Part shown: positions 61,441 through 64,000 of the stretch, piece after piece
How the letters are laid out: each line of letters begins with the position of its first letter
How positions within the stretch are numbered: the first letter of the stretch is position 1
The notes under the pieces: model-generated
The model's input: only the letters and a program-made list of their open reading frames with translations
Told to the model about the DNA's origin: nothing
The model's database searches: none
Source: Eledone cirrhosa
Lineage: Eukaryota
Assembly (NCBI GenBank): GCA_964016885.1
Contig: OZ024742.1
Location: forward strand, 237,956,001-238,020,000
Direction of reading: 5' to 3'
Length of the DNA stretch: 64,000 nt
Made by a program: the position numbers and the translations under genes

Positions 61441-62196
61441 ATTTTATTTTATTTTATAAAAATCTTTTTAATACTTATTTTAATTTAATTTAATTTTTTT
61501 TTATTTTATTTTATTAATACATTTTTAGACTTCTTAATCCAATTTTAGTATTTAAACCCAATATAAAATAATATACCCAGTTTCTATATTTTAGACCTCT
61601 AATATTTGAATACCATCTATCTCAACGTACACCCACTTACATCTCTCTCTCCACCACCGGACCTTGTTACCCGGAGATTTACCCATTTGCATTGTCGAGG
61701 CTTCCAAACGACTTAAAAACCATCTATAATTGTTTCTACGTTTTGGCACAAGGCCAGAAATTAACCAGTGCATTACTGGTACTTTATTTTATCGACCCCT
61801 ATCGCACATACACCTCATCAATTTACTTTTTAACCGTTATTTACAGCTTGTTTCATTTTGACAGCGTTCCTGATCAAAAGTCTCTCTCTCTCTCTCTCTC
61901 CCTTTCTCTGTCTCTCTTCCTTCTTTTTTCCTTTTTTTTTTCCTTTTTTCCTCTCTTCACTTTCTTTTTCCATTTTCTACTTCTTTCCTTTTCTTCTATT
62001 TTCCTATCTTTTTCTTACTCTTATATTTCTGTCATATGTAGACTTTGCACTTTCCTGTTGACAAGTGTTTTTAGGCCTCATATCATGTTACCTTATTTTA
62101 TCTAATGAGAACACAATCTTTGTCCCAGGATGTTGGTGTTTTCGAAATGCGCATAACAAAATATATGGAACTTTTTTAACCATCTTTTAATTTCTT

Positions 62197-62280
<84 letters not shown>

Positions 62281-62309
62281 TGTGTGTGTGCGTGTGTGTT
62301 TGTGTGTGT

Positions 62310-62370
<61 letters not shown>

Positions 62371-63146
62371 ATTTCGAGCTTAATGAGTTTATGTCATTTG
62401 AAATAGAAACAGAAAGTCATTAATATAATGGTACATCTTTTTCTTTTTTCTAGGGTTGCTGAATCTAGAGCAATGTGATAATCATATATAGTGATATCCA
62501 GAATTTGATAATATTTTGTTATCCTCTCTATTTTTTTCTCTTTTCCCTAAATTAGACATAACAGAGACATTACCATATATTCTCAAATACCAACTGATCT
62601 AAATATAATCTAAACTTCCTATTTTATGCCTGAGAAATGGGCAAAAATCGAAAACCCGTTTATAAGCTGAGGTAGCTAATCAACACATTATATTTAGATG
62701 GTGTGGTTTTGAAATACTCGAGTATTAAATATATTTATGAAGTTTTAATATTTTGATGTTTAAAATGTTTTAAGTGTCGTTTAAAATATAGTTTTTGTTT
62801 CACAACTCCATTATGTAATGCATTTTTACCATTTCATTCGTTTTATAGTTTCAACAAGATTCTCAAACTTTTATTTACTTCTGACCACTCACATACTGTG
62901 AGTAGTTGAAAGTAAACAATCGAATAAGAGAACCTTGTGTAGGAATTCATTGAGTAGAAGTGGGAGAGTGAGACAGCAAGTAAGAGAGAGAGGAGAGATA
63001 GAGCAAAAAAAAGAGAGGGAGAGAGAGCAATAAAATAAAATCAGATTTCTATCTTACGTTTTTAATTATTTTTTCGTAACAAAGCAATTTATTTGTCTCT
63101 ATTTTCCTCTAATAATATATAACATAGTTGCCAGTCCACTCAAGGA

Positions 63147-63193
63147 TGCCAGACAGTGTTGTTTCAAGATTTGTTAATCTTTCATCAGTGACA
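63147..63193 (-). ncRNA. Type I hammerhead ribozyme
   Basis: UGUCA CUGAUGA AAGAUU aaca AAUCUU GAAACA acac UGUC UGGCA; all three stems formed, GUC site. Confidence 0.82.
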
Positions 63194-63294
63194 CACATTC
63201 AATCCATACTAGCATGGAAATAGACTAAAGTCTATATAAAATTTTGCAGGTTGTTGTTTTAAATGTCCACTTTCCCTGCTAGCAAGAGTTGGAC

Positions 63295-64000
<706 letters not shown>

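Overview
Eukaryotic, very AT-rich, repeat-saturated 64-kb window with no host exon, rRNA, tRNA gene or CRISPR array that I can support. The SINE families resemble those I recall from octopod cephalopods (inference, unverified). Nearly all long ORFs in the supplied track are artefacts of (TA)n/(CA)n/(GA)n/(TAA)n/(CATA)n microsatellites. Real coding remnants are all transposon-derived: a decayed Chapaev3-like DNA transposon, R4/Dong-type RLE retroelements in (TAA)n and (CATA)n, L1/Tx1 pieces, two RTE pieces and at least four Penelope-like elements (PLEs, GIY-YIG). About 30 copies of one tRNA-derived SINE are present. The most striking hidden layer is non-coding: about 10 intact-core and several degenerate type I hammerhead ribozyme (HHR) motifs from several unrelated families, mostly in tandem or fold-back elements inserted in (TA)n. 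The best example is a young 2.5-copy tandem array of a 688-bp unit (45161-46884) with one complete HHR per full unit, which looks like an unusually long non-LTR retrozyme. All folds and alignments were done by eye and element boundaries are approximate.
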